Of a stretch of DNA of 64,000 nucleotides, positions 41,615-52,000 are shown in pieces (the stretch's first letter is position 1; the number at the start of each line of letters is the position of its first letter). The notes beneath the pieces are model-generated. The model made no database searches. It saw only the letters and a program-made list of their open reading frames with translations, and was not told the origin of the DNA. The stretch spans positions 128,001-192,000 of the forward strand of contig CAVPSJ010000008.1 of the NCBI GenBank assembly GCA_963708295.1. Direction: 5' to 3'. Source of the stretch: an uncultured delta proteobacterium (GTDB taxonomy: Bacteria; Desulfobacterota; BSN033; UBA1163). Both the position numbers and the translations under genes were made by a program.

Positions 41615-42814
41615 CTACAGAAGTGCATCTCTTAGAATCTGGATGGGATGCAAAACCTTCAGGCCGGTCAGGTGGCGGATTTGCAGGCGACAGCCTTCGC
41701 AGTCGGACAGGATGATGTCGGGTTTGAGACGGTCGATCGCCTCTGCCAAATCCCTTCCGATCTCCTGGGAGATCTCATATTTTTCTTTCTTAAATCCATA
41801 GGTACCGCCCAGCCCGCAGCAGTCCGCTTCGATGTTGTCCAGTTGAAGACCCGGGATAGAGCGGAGGATTTCAACGGCAGGGAGGCCAATTCCCAGGGCT
41901 CTCAAATGACATGGGGCAAAATAGGCCGTTCTTAGCGAAAGTTGTTTAAAATTTATGTTGAGGTTATTCAATTCCTTTAGGTTTGTGAGAAACTCGAACA
42001 CGTCGAAAGTGTGGGCGGCGACTTCCTCCGCTCCGGGAATGGAGAGGAGTTGGCTGTATTCATGCTTGATCATGTAACCGCAACTGGTTCCGGAAAAGAG
42101 AATGTCCAAGCCCGAATGGACGGCCTTCAGAAAAGAGGGGACGTTCCGAAGGGCCATTTCTTTTGCCGTCTTGAAATCTCCATTCCCGAGCATGGGAATG
42201 CCGCAGCAACTCTGCGGGGGAAGGACGACTTCGAACCCATTGGCCTCCAAGACTTGAACCGTTGCTTTTCCGACGTCGACTTCATTGGTATTGGTATAGC
42301 AGCCGTAAAAATAGCCAACCCTTTTGCTCCCTTTTGAACGGTGTTTTTTAAACCATCTTCTGAAGGTCGAAGATTCGTATCCTGGGAGTTCTCTCCTCCG
42401 ATCTATCCTCAGGAGGATCTCTACGAACCTTTTGATGAGACGGTTTTTTAAGAGAGGATTGAGAAGGAAAGAGGAGAGGGATCCAAAACGTCCAAAAAGA
42501 TAGGAATGAGTGAGAAGCCAGTCCCGAAAGGGTCTTCCTTTTTCATCCAGATATTTTGCCTTGGCGATGAGATTTAGCTCGGAGATATTTACCCCCGAAG
42601 CGCAGACCATGTCACAGAGATGGCATCCGATGCAAAGATCAATCCGTTTATCCACAGAGGGTTCATCCGACCTTCGAAACCGTTCCATCCCGGGCCCCGC
42701 TTGCTTCGGGCCTGGAAATTCTGGGGTGACTCGCGCGACAGGGCAGACCGCCGCGCAGGTCGCGCAGCGGATGCAAACATCGGAGTTATTCTTGGGCCAA
42801 CTTTGTTTTTTCAT
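41615..42814 (-). CDS. glpC: Anaerobic glycerol-3-phosphate dehydrogenase subunit C
   Basis: CIRCATCAAVCP, FPGPKQAGP, CIGCHLCDMVC, two CCG domains. Confidence 0.93.
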   Translation of the reverse strand: MKKQSWPKNNSDVCIRCATCAAVCPVARVTPEFPGPKQAGPGMERFRRSDEPSVDKRIDLCIGCHLCDMVCASGVNISELNLIAKAKYLDEKGRPFRDWLLTHSYLFGRFGSLSSFLLNPLLKNRLIKRFVEILLRIDRRRELPGYESSTFRRWFKKHRSKGSKRVGYFYGCYTNTNEVDVGKATVQVLEANGFEVVLPPQSCCGIPMLGNGDFKTAKEMALRNVPSFLKAVHSGLDILFSGTSCGYMIKHEYSQLLSIPGAEEVAAHTFDVFEFLTNLKELNNLNINFKQLSLRTAYFAPCHLRALGIGLPAVEILRSIPGLQLDNIEADCCGLGGTYGFKKEKYEISQEIGRDLAEAIDRLKPDIILSDCEGCRLQIRHLTGLKVLHPIQILRDALL

Positions 42815-42852
42815 CGCATGATCTAACTTTGGCATCGGCAAAAATGTTATCC

Positions 42853-43062
42853 AAAAATTCGAAATCCGAATATCGAAGCCCGAAGTTGTTTAAACCCTAA
42901 ACACTAAACTCTAAATCCTAAACAAATCCAAAATATAAAACCCAAAGGGTAATTTTCACTTCTCAACCATTGAACGAAATACTTTGTAAGTCGTGGCGTT
43001 TTGAGTTTTCTCATTCGAGCATTTGAGTTTATTTAGAGTTTAGGATTTTGAGTTTAGGATTT
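42853..43062. repeat. 7-bp-period palindromic repeat: a CGA-type half followed by a complete TAA-type variant
   Basis: AAATTCGAAATCCGAATATCGAAGCCCGAA, then AAACCCTAAACACTAAACTCTAAATCCTAAACAAAT ... TTTATTTAGAGTTTAGGATTTTGAGTTTAGGATTT. Confidence 0.75.
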
Positions 43063-43101
43063 ATGGCCTCGTCAAGAGAAAGTTGTTGATTGGGTAAAGC
43101 T

Positions 43102-44331
43102 TCATTTGAGGGCACCTAAGGCATACTTTGCTGCCGTATATCCTGTTGCTATTTCTATCCCTTCTCTCGATTTCTCATCGATGCACTGATGATGGGCTAA
43201 GAGCGAGCCTGCAACCCATATATTTTCCAGAATTACATTTCCCCCTTCGTCAACGGGTTGAAGAGAGGCGTTGGTTAAAATGCCCGCTCGATGAATCGGA
43301 TGCGGAGGATCGCTGAAGAAGAGGTTTCCGAACCAACCTTCTCGCGAGGGGGGCTGATGGACCGGAAGGTTGAAGGTGGGCTCAAAAATCCTTTCGGCGT
43401 CTGCCCTCAGACCTCCCCCCGTGAAACGTCCTGTTGCAAGGATAAAACGATCCGAAGAGAAAGAGGTGATCACAGGGGGACGAAGCACTTCAATGCCCTG
43501 ACATCTTTTCTCTGTTACGGTTGTTCTCACAACGGGATAACCCAGAAGAAACGTGACGCCTTTCTCGATCAACCACCCTTTAAATCGATCAAAGATCCTC
43601 TTTCCCGGAACCGACGGAGGAAGGATAGGGATTTCGAAAACCCGTGCGCCCGTGATCTCCTCCAAGTCTTCCTTAACCCGAATCGGATCGCCCATTCCCA
43701 GGAGTGCCGGGAATCCAATTCGGGTTTCACCCCGGAGTTGTTTCTTAATCTCCCTCCCGACATTCTGTCTAAAGGATTGCTTTTCCATCGACCTGGCCAG
43801 GGCGGTGGCAGTTCGTTCACGATCGGATAGATCAGGGAAGGGAAGGCTGATCCCGTGGCACTTCAGCCGGTCAGCGACATAATGGGGATAAAAATCCTTG
43901 AAGCCCTCAAACCCCACAATGAGCGTGCGCTTTTCATCGAACGAAGCTGCCTCCATCATGGTCGTGGGGATGAGATACGTGGGTCGAAGTGTGCCTGCAC
44001 CCGTCGGGAGAAGACAATTCATCTGGTCGACGGCATGGAAAGAATAAGAAGGCGGGAACAGAGAAACAAAAGAGGAGAGGGCCTGATCAATTCTTGCTAA
44101 GCCTACTTTAGAATAAGGGTGGTCGGCTTGATCTTTGATCCACTGGGAAAGGCCGTCTTTCATCTTTGTTCCAGTGGGACATTGGCCTAGGAGATCGATC
44201 GTATTTGCGAAGAGGCAGAGAGAACCCATCCCCTTTCCAATGATGAGGACTTTTTGGCCAGCCTCTGCAGCCGTTTTGGCTGCCATCAACCCTGAGAGAC
44301 CCATCCCAATCACAATCAGATCGTAGTGCAT
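43102..44331 (-). CDS. glpB: Anaerobic glycerol-3-phosphate dehydrogenase subunit B
   Basis: DLIVIGMGLSG, LPTGAGTLRPT, EIPILPPSVPG, LATGRFTGGGL. Confidence 0.92.
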   Translation of the reverse strand: MHYDLIVIGMGLSGLMAAKTAAEAGQKVLIIGKGMGSLCLFANTIDLLGQCPTGTKMKDGLSQWIKDQADHPYSKVGLARIDQALSSFVSLFPPSYSFHAVDQMNCLLPTGAGTLRPTYLIPTTMMEAASFDEKRTLIVGFEGFKDFYPHYVADRLKCHGISLPFPDLSDRERTATALARSMEKQSFRQNVGREIKKQLRGETRIGFPALLGMGDPIRVKEDLEEITGARVFEIPILPPSVPGKRIFDRFKGWLIEKGVTFLLGYPVVRTTVTEKRCQGIEVLRPPVITSFSSDRFILATGRFTGGGLRADAERIFEPTFNLPVHQPPSREGWFGNLFFSDPPHPIHRAGILTNASLQPVDEGGNVILENIWVAGSLLAHHQCIDEKSREGIEIATGYTAAKYALGALK

Positions 44332-44379
44332 GAAATTGCTTTCTTCTTGTATTTGTTCCAATGAGCCGTGCGAATGTTG

Positions 44380-44525
44380 AAAAATCCGAAATCCGAATAT
44401 CGAAATCCGAAACAAATCCAAAATTCCAATGTCAAATTTTCAAAACACAGCTTCATCCTTTTTTGGAATTTTGGATTTTGGTCATTTGACATTGTTTCGA
44501 GCTTCGAATTTCATGCTTCGAATTT
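44380..44525. repeat. 7-bp-period palindromic repeat (same family as 17195)
   Basis: AAATCCGAAATCCGAATATCGAAATCCGAAACAAAT ... ATTGTTTCGAGCTTCGAATTTCATGCTTCGAATTT. Confidence 0.85.
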
Positions 44526-44556
44526 ATGCCTTCCCTACACAATTTAGTATAAACGG

Positions 44557-46071
44557 TCAAAGGTTAAAGATTCCTTTATAAATGGATTCAATCAATTCTT
44601 CTTCCTGGAGTGCTGCCCCCCAGAGAATCGGGCGGATTCCTCTCCATCGCTCCTCAAGGAATCCCTTTAATATTCCGCTGGAATCTTCTCCTGTCTTCGT
44701 GAAAGGTTGCAGTGCCCCGAGAAGGCGATAGACGCAGAACCCTCCCTGGCACGTCCCCTTGGCGAGGCGCGTCCGGTGGAGGATGTCTTGAAGGTTCTTC
44801 AGTTTCGCTTTTTTCAAGAATTCCTCAACTTCTTTCCGTTGCACCAGTTCACAATCGCACAGGACCTCTCCTCTGTCCGCCAGGAATTGTCGAAGCCTCT
44901 CTTTTGGCCCGGCAGGGCTGTTTGCACCGGGCAGAGGATTGAGATGGGTCGAGCAGGACACCTTTCTCCCGAGTTTTTCACAGATCAGGTCAGACGCTTT
45001 TTCTGACATCAGACGATAGGTCATCAATTTTCCGCCCGTGATGGTCACCAGGTTTTTTATTCCGTCTCTTTTTCCATGGTCAATGAGCGCAAACCCCCGG
45101 CTGATCGCCCGATCATTCCCTTTTTCTTCAGGCTGGAATAAGGGCCTGATCCCTGCATAGGCCCGAAGGAATCTGGCCCCTTCGATGGCAGGAATCATCT
45201 TTGACGTCTCCCGGATCAAGAGGAAGACCTCGCGGGGAGTGACTTCAAATCGCTCAATCTCTTCCAAACGAATGGATGTTGTTCCGAGGATGGACACGGT
45301 TTCATTCGGAACGACGATGTCTCCGTCCGAGGGGGGACGGCAACGATTGATGACACGGCGTGCGAACCTCTGGTTGGTGATCAACAGAGATCCTTTAGAG
45401 AGAGCCAATCCGATGTGAAGGCCGGCTAGCTTAAGGATCTGGTTTGCCCAGGCACCCGTGGCATTGATGATAAACTCGGCTCCGATTGAAAACTCGTCGC
45501 CGGTGGCAAGATCTTTTGCTTCAACGCCCGCTATTTTATCCCCTTCGATCAGCATCGAAGTGACTTCGGTATGGAGGAAGGATTTTGCGCCGTGGCTCTC
45601 GGCATCTTCGGCGTTTTCCAAAATCAGCTTGAAAGGATCGATTGCCCCATCGGGGACCTTCACCGCACTCAGAAGATCGGGATGGAGTTCGGGCTCCCAT
45701 GCCAGGGTTTCATCTCGTGAACAAAGGGTATTCGGGATCCCCGCTTCTTCGCAGGCTCGAAAGAATCGATCTCGGAAGGGTAAGCTATCGTCGGGGAGAG
45801 ACACGAAAAGACCATCTGTTTCTTCGATGCAGTGGGGGGCGATCTTTCGGAGAATCTTGTTTTCGGAAATACATTCCCGGGCAGCTTCTGGATCGGAGAC
45901 AGCATATCTTCCGCCGCTATGAAGAAGCCCGTGGTTCCGACCCGAAGCGCCGGAGGCAAAATCGCCCTTCTCGACCAAAACCGAAGAGATCCCTCTCAGC
46001 GCCAGATCCCTTAAAATTCCAACCCCGGTGGCACCGCCTCCAATGATCAATACTTCTGTTCTTAGCTTCAC
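44557..46071 (-). CDS. glpA: Anaerobic glycerol-3-phosphate dehydrogenase subunit A
   Basis: IIGGGATG, GASGRNHGLLHSGGRYAV, TITGGKLMTYR, C-terminal CDCE...GTCQGGFC. Confidence 0.95.
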   Translation of the reverse strand: MKLRTEVLIIGGGATGVGILRDLALRGISSVLVEKGDFASGASGRNHGLLHSGGRYAVSDPEAARECISENKILRKIAPHCIEETDGLFVSLPDDSLPFRDRFFRACEEAGIPNTLCSRDETLAWEPELHPDLLSAVKVPDGAIDPFKLILENAEDAESHGAKSFLHTEVTSMLIEGDKIAGVEAKDLATGDEFSIGAEFIINATGAWANQILKLAGLHIGLALSKGSLLITNQRFARRVINRCRPPSDGDIVVPNETVSILGTTSIRLEEIERFEVTPREVFLLIRETSKMIPAIEGARFLRAYAGIRPLFQPEEKGNDRAISRGFALIDHGKRDGIKNLVTITGGKLMTYRLMSEKASDLICEKLGRKVSCSTHLNPLPGANSPAGPKERLRQFLADRGEVLCDCELVQRKEVEEFLKKAKLKNLQDILHRTRLAKGTCQGGFCVYRLLGALQPFTKTGEDSSGILKGFLEERWRGIRPILWGAALQEEELIESIYKGIFNL

Positions 46072-46267
46072 TCAAGTCCCGCTGTCTTAAATTCAGCCCA
46101 CCTTTGTCATTCTCTAACGAGATTGGTGGGATTTGTCAAGGGAAGTGAGAATTGTCTTTCCCGATGCCCGTGTCCCTGACGTAATGCGGCAATACGCGGC
46201 AATACAGAACCAATACAAAACTTGACTTTTCAAAAGATTCAAATAAAATGGCGAATAGAGGCTTACG

Positions 46268-47392
46268 ATGGACGAAATCTTAAAAAGCAAACATCATTTC
46301 CTCGACCTAGTTCAAGTCGCTTTTATCCTCACCGATGGTCACTCCAACATCCTTTACGCCAACAAGTATACCAAACGTCTCTTCGGGTACGAGAGGGAAG
46401 AGATAGAAGGTAAACGGATGAGGGTCCTTTTCCTGGAAGAAGATCTTGCCTACTTTCTCCCCAACATTATCTACCTCTCACTTTACAAGAATGGGTTTGA
46501 AGGGGAGGCCCTTTTGAGGCAAAAAGGCGGAACAAAGGTTTTTGCTCACCTTTACACGACCGCTTTCAAGGAAGGGGGGGAGGTTTTTATTTCCTTTTCT
46601 TTCCAGGAGATTCAACGACTGAAGAAGCTGGAGAGAGAAAGACTGGAGATGGAGCGTTGGGCAAGCCTTGGCATGATGGTGGAAGAGATTGCCCATCAGG
46701 TTCGAAATCCGATCGTTGCCATTGGAGGATATTCGCAACGTCTTCTCCACACACTCCAGTCCTCGCCCAAGGGGAAAACCTATCTCAATCAAATTCTACG
46801 GGAGTCGAAGAGGCTCGAAAATCTGGTCCAGCGGTTAGAGGAGTATGTTCTGTTCCCGAGGCCTGCTTATCGGAGGGAGAGGATTGAAAGGGTGCTGGAG
46901 GCTGTCCTCCAGACCTCTTCGAGAGAAGCGGCAGAACAAGGGGTCTTCTTCAATCTGGAGACAGGCGCCTTGGAGGGGAGAGGGGATTTCTATATTGACA
47001 AAGATCTCATCGCCAAAGCCCTCTTTTACGTTTTGGAAAACAGCATTGAGGCTGTCAGACAGATACCGATGGGGAAAAAGGGTAGGGTCGTGAAGGTATC
47101 CCTCTTCAGAGATGGGGGAGACATCGGGATTTCAATCTCAGACAGGGGGGAGGGGATTCCCAGGAAAAACCTTGACCGAATTTTTGAACCTTTTTTTTCC
47201 ACCCGGCCTGGACGGGTGGGGTTGGGGTTAACCTTTGCTAAGAGGGTGGTGGAGGAACAGGGGGGAAGGATTCGGGTCGAGAGTCGTTTAAAGAAAGGGA
47301 CAACGATCACACTCACTTTCGCAAAGGATCGGCGTAGGATGTTACGTCGGGAAAAACTTTCCCCGGAGGGCGCGGGGACAGATAACAATTGA
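46268..47392 (+). CDS. Cytoplasmic PAS sensor histidine kinase
   Basis: PAS domain (ILYANK...FGY), EIAHQVRNP, ENSIEA, DRGEG, FEPFFST, GLGL. Confidence 0.9.
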   Translation: MDEILKSKHHFLDLVQVAFILTDGHSNILYANKYTKRLFGYEREEIEGKRMRVLFLEEDLAYFLPNIIYLSLYKNGFEGEALLRQKGGTKVFAHLYTTAFKEGGEVFISFSFQEIQRLKKLERERLEMERWASLGMMVEEIAHQVRNPIVAIGGYSQRLLHTLQSSPKGKTYLNQILRESKRLENLVQRLEEYVLFPRPAYRRERIERVLEAVLQTSSREAAEQGVFFNLETGALEGRGDFYIDKDLIAKALFYVLENSIEAVRQIPMGKKGRVVKVSLFRDGGDIGISISDRGEGIPRKNLDRIFEPFFSTRPGRVGLGLTFAKRVVEEQGGRIRVESRLKKGTTITLTFAKDRRRMLRREKLSPEGAGTDNN

Positions 47393-47701
47393 GCGACACC
47401 CCACCGTCTCGAACCTATCGTTCCTCCGATTGTTGTCGAATGGTCACACCCCTCCAATCCGCCCGCCGCATAAGTACTTCCTCCGTTCCGTCTTCCTGTC
47501 AAAAAAAAACATAAAAAAGGCATCTTGAACTTTAGGGTTTAGGTTCGATGGAACTTTTTCTTTACAAAAAAGGAGTCGGTGTTGACATCCCCGTCCAGCA
47601 GGTTAAAATAGGGGGGAATTTCGGAACCTGTAAGGCGGAGTTCGTGAATGATGGTTAGGCCAGAGGGTTCGTTAAACTCCCAAGTGTCTCACAGGACGGA
47701 T

Positions 47702-48199
47702 ATGGAAAAGGGATTGATGGAAGTCAAAGTGATGGGTATCGTGGTGGATCCCAAGGCGTCAAACCCCGTCGTCGTCTTGGTGGATCTTTCGGGGCAGAAG
47801 GCTCTGCCGATATGGATTGGAGTATTCGAAGCAGAAGCCATTTCAAGAGGCCTCGAGGATGCGATGACACTTCGCCCCATGACACACGACCTCATGAAGC
47901 AGATTTTGGATACCTTTCAGGTAACAGTCACTCGGGTCGTCATCCATGACCTGAAGGAAAATACGTTTTATGCGAACCTTTACCTGGACGCGGGAGGAAC
48001 TGAGCTGGTGGTGGATAGCCGTCCCAGCGATGCCATCGCCCTGGCGGTAAGGGTGAAGGCTCCTATTTTTGTCGCGGACTCGGTGATTGAGGCAACGAAG
48101 CAAATGGGGGTTCTCGCCTCCAACCTTTTGGAAGGTGATGAACTTAAGACCATCATCGAGAATATGAAACCCGAAGACTTCGGAAAGTATAAAATGTAG
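47702..48199 (+). CDS. Bifunctional nuclease family protein (DUF151)
   Basis: LPIWIG..EA.AI, RPMTHDL, DSRPSDAIALA. Confidence 0.92.
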   Translation: MEKGLMEVKVMGIVVDPKASNPVVVLVDLSGQKALPIWIGVFEAEAISRGLEDAMTLRPMTHDLMKQILDTFQVTVTRVVIHDLKENTFYANLYLDAGGTELVVDSRPSDAIALAVRVKAPIFVADSVIEATKQMGVLASNLLEGDELKTIIENMKPEDFGKYKM

Positions 48200-48607
48200 A
48201 GCAACTCATTTTTTTTATACAGCCTCCGTTGACCTAACCTCATGAAGCACAAAGCCTAGATCTTTCCTCGAGACCTTTCCCTAACCCATAATCGAAACTC
48301 AGAACCTTAGACGATATCCCTGCCATTCTAAAATTTTTTCATCCTCTCGCATTTTCGATAATCCTTGGATCCTGGAAGCAGATTAAGCCGACGATGACAG
48401 ATGATGGACCTCCTTTGTAGCATGACATAATTTTTCTAATTATGACAATTTGTCGTTTCTCGCCTGGTTATCATTGGTATTTGGCCTTTCCTGAAGAAGC
48501 AGATCCAATTTAAGAATCAAGTAGTTATCAAATTTGACCTACCCAAGAACTTGTCGGCATATATCTTGCTTAAATAAGCGAAAATCAAAACAAATGGAGG
48601 CAACTCA

Positions 48608-48802
48608 ATGTCTTTGATGGAAAAAGATGTGGTTTTGACCACGGATGAGGCTATTGAATATCTGAAGATCTCCAAACCCACTTTTTTGAAATATATTCGC
48701 TCCGGGAGGATCAGGGCGATTAAGGCTGGAAAGGGATGGAGAATCCTCCAATCAGAATTAAATCGATTCTTAAGAGGAGAGGTGTCCCATGAGATCCAAT
48801 AA
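48608..48802 (+). CDS. Excisionase-type (HTH_17) DNA-binding protein
   Basis: LTTDEAIEYLKIS..T...IRSGRIRAIKAGKGWRI. Confidence 0.85.
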   Translation: MSLMEKDVVLTTDEAIEYLKISKPTFLKYIRSGRIRAIKAGKGWRILQSELNRFLRGEVSHEIQ

Positions 48803-49066
48803 AACATTCTCGTTGGAAGTCTCCTTCTTTGCAGTCAGCAATGGCAAGGAATTAGGGACAGAGTGGCCCCTCTTTGTGATTTTGGAGAAACAGGGAACCC
48901 GGTCGCACTCATCGCTGTGAATATTCTTAACGGAATGAGGCCGATGGATATTCCTTCCCAAGTACTTTTGGACCATCGGTTACCAGCGGGTCTGAAGACG
49001 GCCAAACCATTGGAGATCCATATCAATCCCCAAGCCTTGGGTCTGACCCGCCAGGGGATTGAGTGA
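48792..49066 (+). pseudogene. Probable remnant of an ABC-type sensory substrate-binding protein
   Basis: DFGETG...AVNILNGMRPMDIP...IHIN..ALGLT resembles the C-terminus of ABC_sub_bind proteins; too short to be intact. Confidence 0.45.
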
Positions 49067-52000
49067 GGAATGAGATGCTAGGAAGGATCGACAAGAGCCT
49101 GAGATTGAAATGGATGTTCTTTTCCATCCTTTTATCCACCCTCCCGCTGGTCATTGCGAGTTATAGCATTATCCAAATCCATCAAAAAAATTTGAGGCAA
49201 TCGGTCATTACGACTGAAAAAGACAAGGCCGATATGGTTGCTGGGAGAACACGATCCTATTTTGAAAAGATTAGGAGCAATCTGTGTTCCCTTTCTATTG
49301 ATGAGCATTTTAGACAGGGAGGAGCCCCCGAGCATATTGAAAGACTTTTGAAGGACTTTCTTTATCAGAATGATTCTCTTTCGGAGTTGTGCCTTCTGGA
49401 CGAAAAAGGGAAGGAAAGGATCAAGGTCTCAAAATATAACGTATTTAAACCATCGGATCTGAGAGATCAATCAAGAACCGATATGTTTCAAACTGCATCC
49501 AACCTGCGAACCTATTACGGGGACCTTAAACTGATCAACGAGGTTGTGCCCTCCATGGTGATTGCCGTTCCCATCCAGGGATACCAAAGGCGGCCCGCGA
49601 GTGTCTTGAGTGCTGAGATGGACCTCAGGTACTTGTGGAACGTCATTGCACAGACGCGGATTGGGGAAAAGGGGATCACTTACGTGGTGGATAGAGAGGG
49701 ATATCTGATTGCTCACCCGGATACGGAGCATGTGGCAACAAGGACGAAGATAAACTTGAGGCATCTGCCGATGGTTGCCCGGGCCATTGCAGGAGAAGAG
49801 GGGAATTTAGAGTTTGAGGATTCCGCGGGGGAGAGGTATCTGGTGGTGTTTAAACCCATCAAAGAGTTGGGCTGGGGTGTCATTGCGCAGGTTCCTGTGG
49901 AAGAGGCTTATGAACCTGTTCAACAGGTGGCTAAAAGCGCTCTCAAATGGGTTTTCATCGCGCTTGCGGTGGCCCTCATCATTAGTTTCTTGGCGACAAG
50001 AAAATATTCTCATCCCATTAAACAATTGGCACAGGAAATGGGAGAGGTCGCGAAAGGAAATTTGGATGTTTATGTCAAGCCGGCGACGAAAGATGAGCTG
50101 GGAGCCCTGACGGAATCCTTCAACAAGATGACCCAGGACCTGAAGGGATCACGAGAGGCCTTAAAAGAGACGGAGGAGAGATATCGGAGGGTTTTCGAAG
50201 ATTCGAAGGACATGTTGTTTATGACCTCCGTTGATGGAAAGATCGCCGAAGTCAATCAAGCCGGAGTAAATTTGCTTGGTTACGGAAGCAAGGAAGAGCT
50301 GACACAGGCCTACGCCAGGGACACCTATTTTGACCCTGAGGACCAGAAGAGATTGGTGAAGAGGGTAAGAGAAGAAGGGTTTGTAAAAGATTTCGAAGTG
50401 AAACTAAGGAGGAAAGATGGATCTCCGATTGATGTCCTGGCAACAGTCAATGCGAGAAGAGAGGATTCGGGGAGAATTGAAGGCTATGAGGGAACCCTCA
50501 AAGACATCTCTGACCGTAGAAAGATGGAAGAGGAGTTGGTTCAAAGAACGCGGGAACTCGAAGCCTTGAATGAGATGGGGGCTTTGATCAATCAGACGTT
50601 AGAGACAGACAAGGTCTTACCGATTGCTTTAGAGAAGGCAGTGAATCTGACCGGATACGAGATGGGGGGCATCCATCTCGTAAACGAAGTAGAACGAACC
50701 TTTGAGTTGAAGCATCATTATAAGCACTCCTCCCGCTTGGCTGAAATGGCGAAAGTCCTTAAATATGGAGAGGGGGTTGCCGGAAGGGCTGTTCTTTTGA
50801 AACAACCGGTTCTCTTCTCCGTTGAGGATCACCCGGCCTCTCAATTAACCCCTGTTTTAAAAGAGGAAGGAGTTCAAACCGTCCTGGCCTTCCCTCTCCT
50901 GGGCAAAGGGAAAGTCGTCGGTGCGATCACCTTGTTAAGCCGTATCTGCCGTGATCTCAGCCAAAGAGAGGTTCATCTCTTGGAAAGCATCGGGAATCAG
51001 GTTGGGTTTGCTCTCGTGAACGCGAAACTTTTTTCCGACGTGGCCAGAGCCAAATCAGAATGGGAGACGACCTTTGATTCGGTGACCGATCTCCTTACCA
51101 TCCGAGACAAGGATTATCGGATCCTCCTGGCCAATAAAGCGGCGCTCGATCGGTTCGGGTTGAAACCGGAAGAGTTGGTTGGAAAGAAGTGTTATGAGGT
51201 TTTCCGTCATAGCGATAAACCTTGCGCAGGGTGTTATGTCTCTGAAACGATAATGACGAAGAGCCCCGTGTCCGTAGAACTGGAGAGTCAGTATCTCAAA
51301 GGCATCTTTCGATTTAATACGTTTCCTATCTTTGGCCAGGCAGGGGACTTGATCGGTGTCGTCGAAATGGCCAAGGAGATTACCGAAGAGAAACGACTGG
51401 AGACAGAAAAAGATGTGGTAAATAATGTCAATAAGATTCTTGCTTCCAGCCTCGATGTAAAGCAGATGATCCAGGCCGTTCATTCTGAATTGAAAAGGGT
51501 ATTGGAGTGTGAAAGAATGGGAGTTACCCTTTTCGATGATGAGAAAAAAGGGTTTCATTTTTTCCTGTTGTCAAAAGAGTTTGAGTCCGCAAGATTGGTT
51601 CCAGGCATCGTCTATCCTCAAAAAGGGGCTCGTTTTGACAAAGTGGTTGAAACAGGTTTGCCTCTCATTGTTCCGGACACTGCAGGAAGTGATTGTTGGA
51701 CTGACCAAGAATTGCTCAAAGAGGGGATTCATTCCTGTTTGCTTTTCCCGTTGGAATATAAAGGGAGGATCATCGGCACGATGAACTTCGGCAGCAGAAA
51801 AGTGAATCACTTTTCAGAAGCCTCGTTCGATCTGCTGCGACAGATCGCTTCCGGGGTCGCCATCTCCGTTCAAAACGCCCTGCTTTTTGAAGAGATAAGA
51901 AAGAGACTTGATGAATCGACCATTCTCTATGAGATTACAAAGATTTCTTCCCTGGCCTCATTAAATATGGACCAGATGTTAACGGAGATTGCGGAGAATC

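Noticed and set aside
48608-48802. Prophage or ICE boundary suggested by the excisionase-like gene
   Set aside because: There is no adjacent integrase, att site or phage gene.
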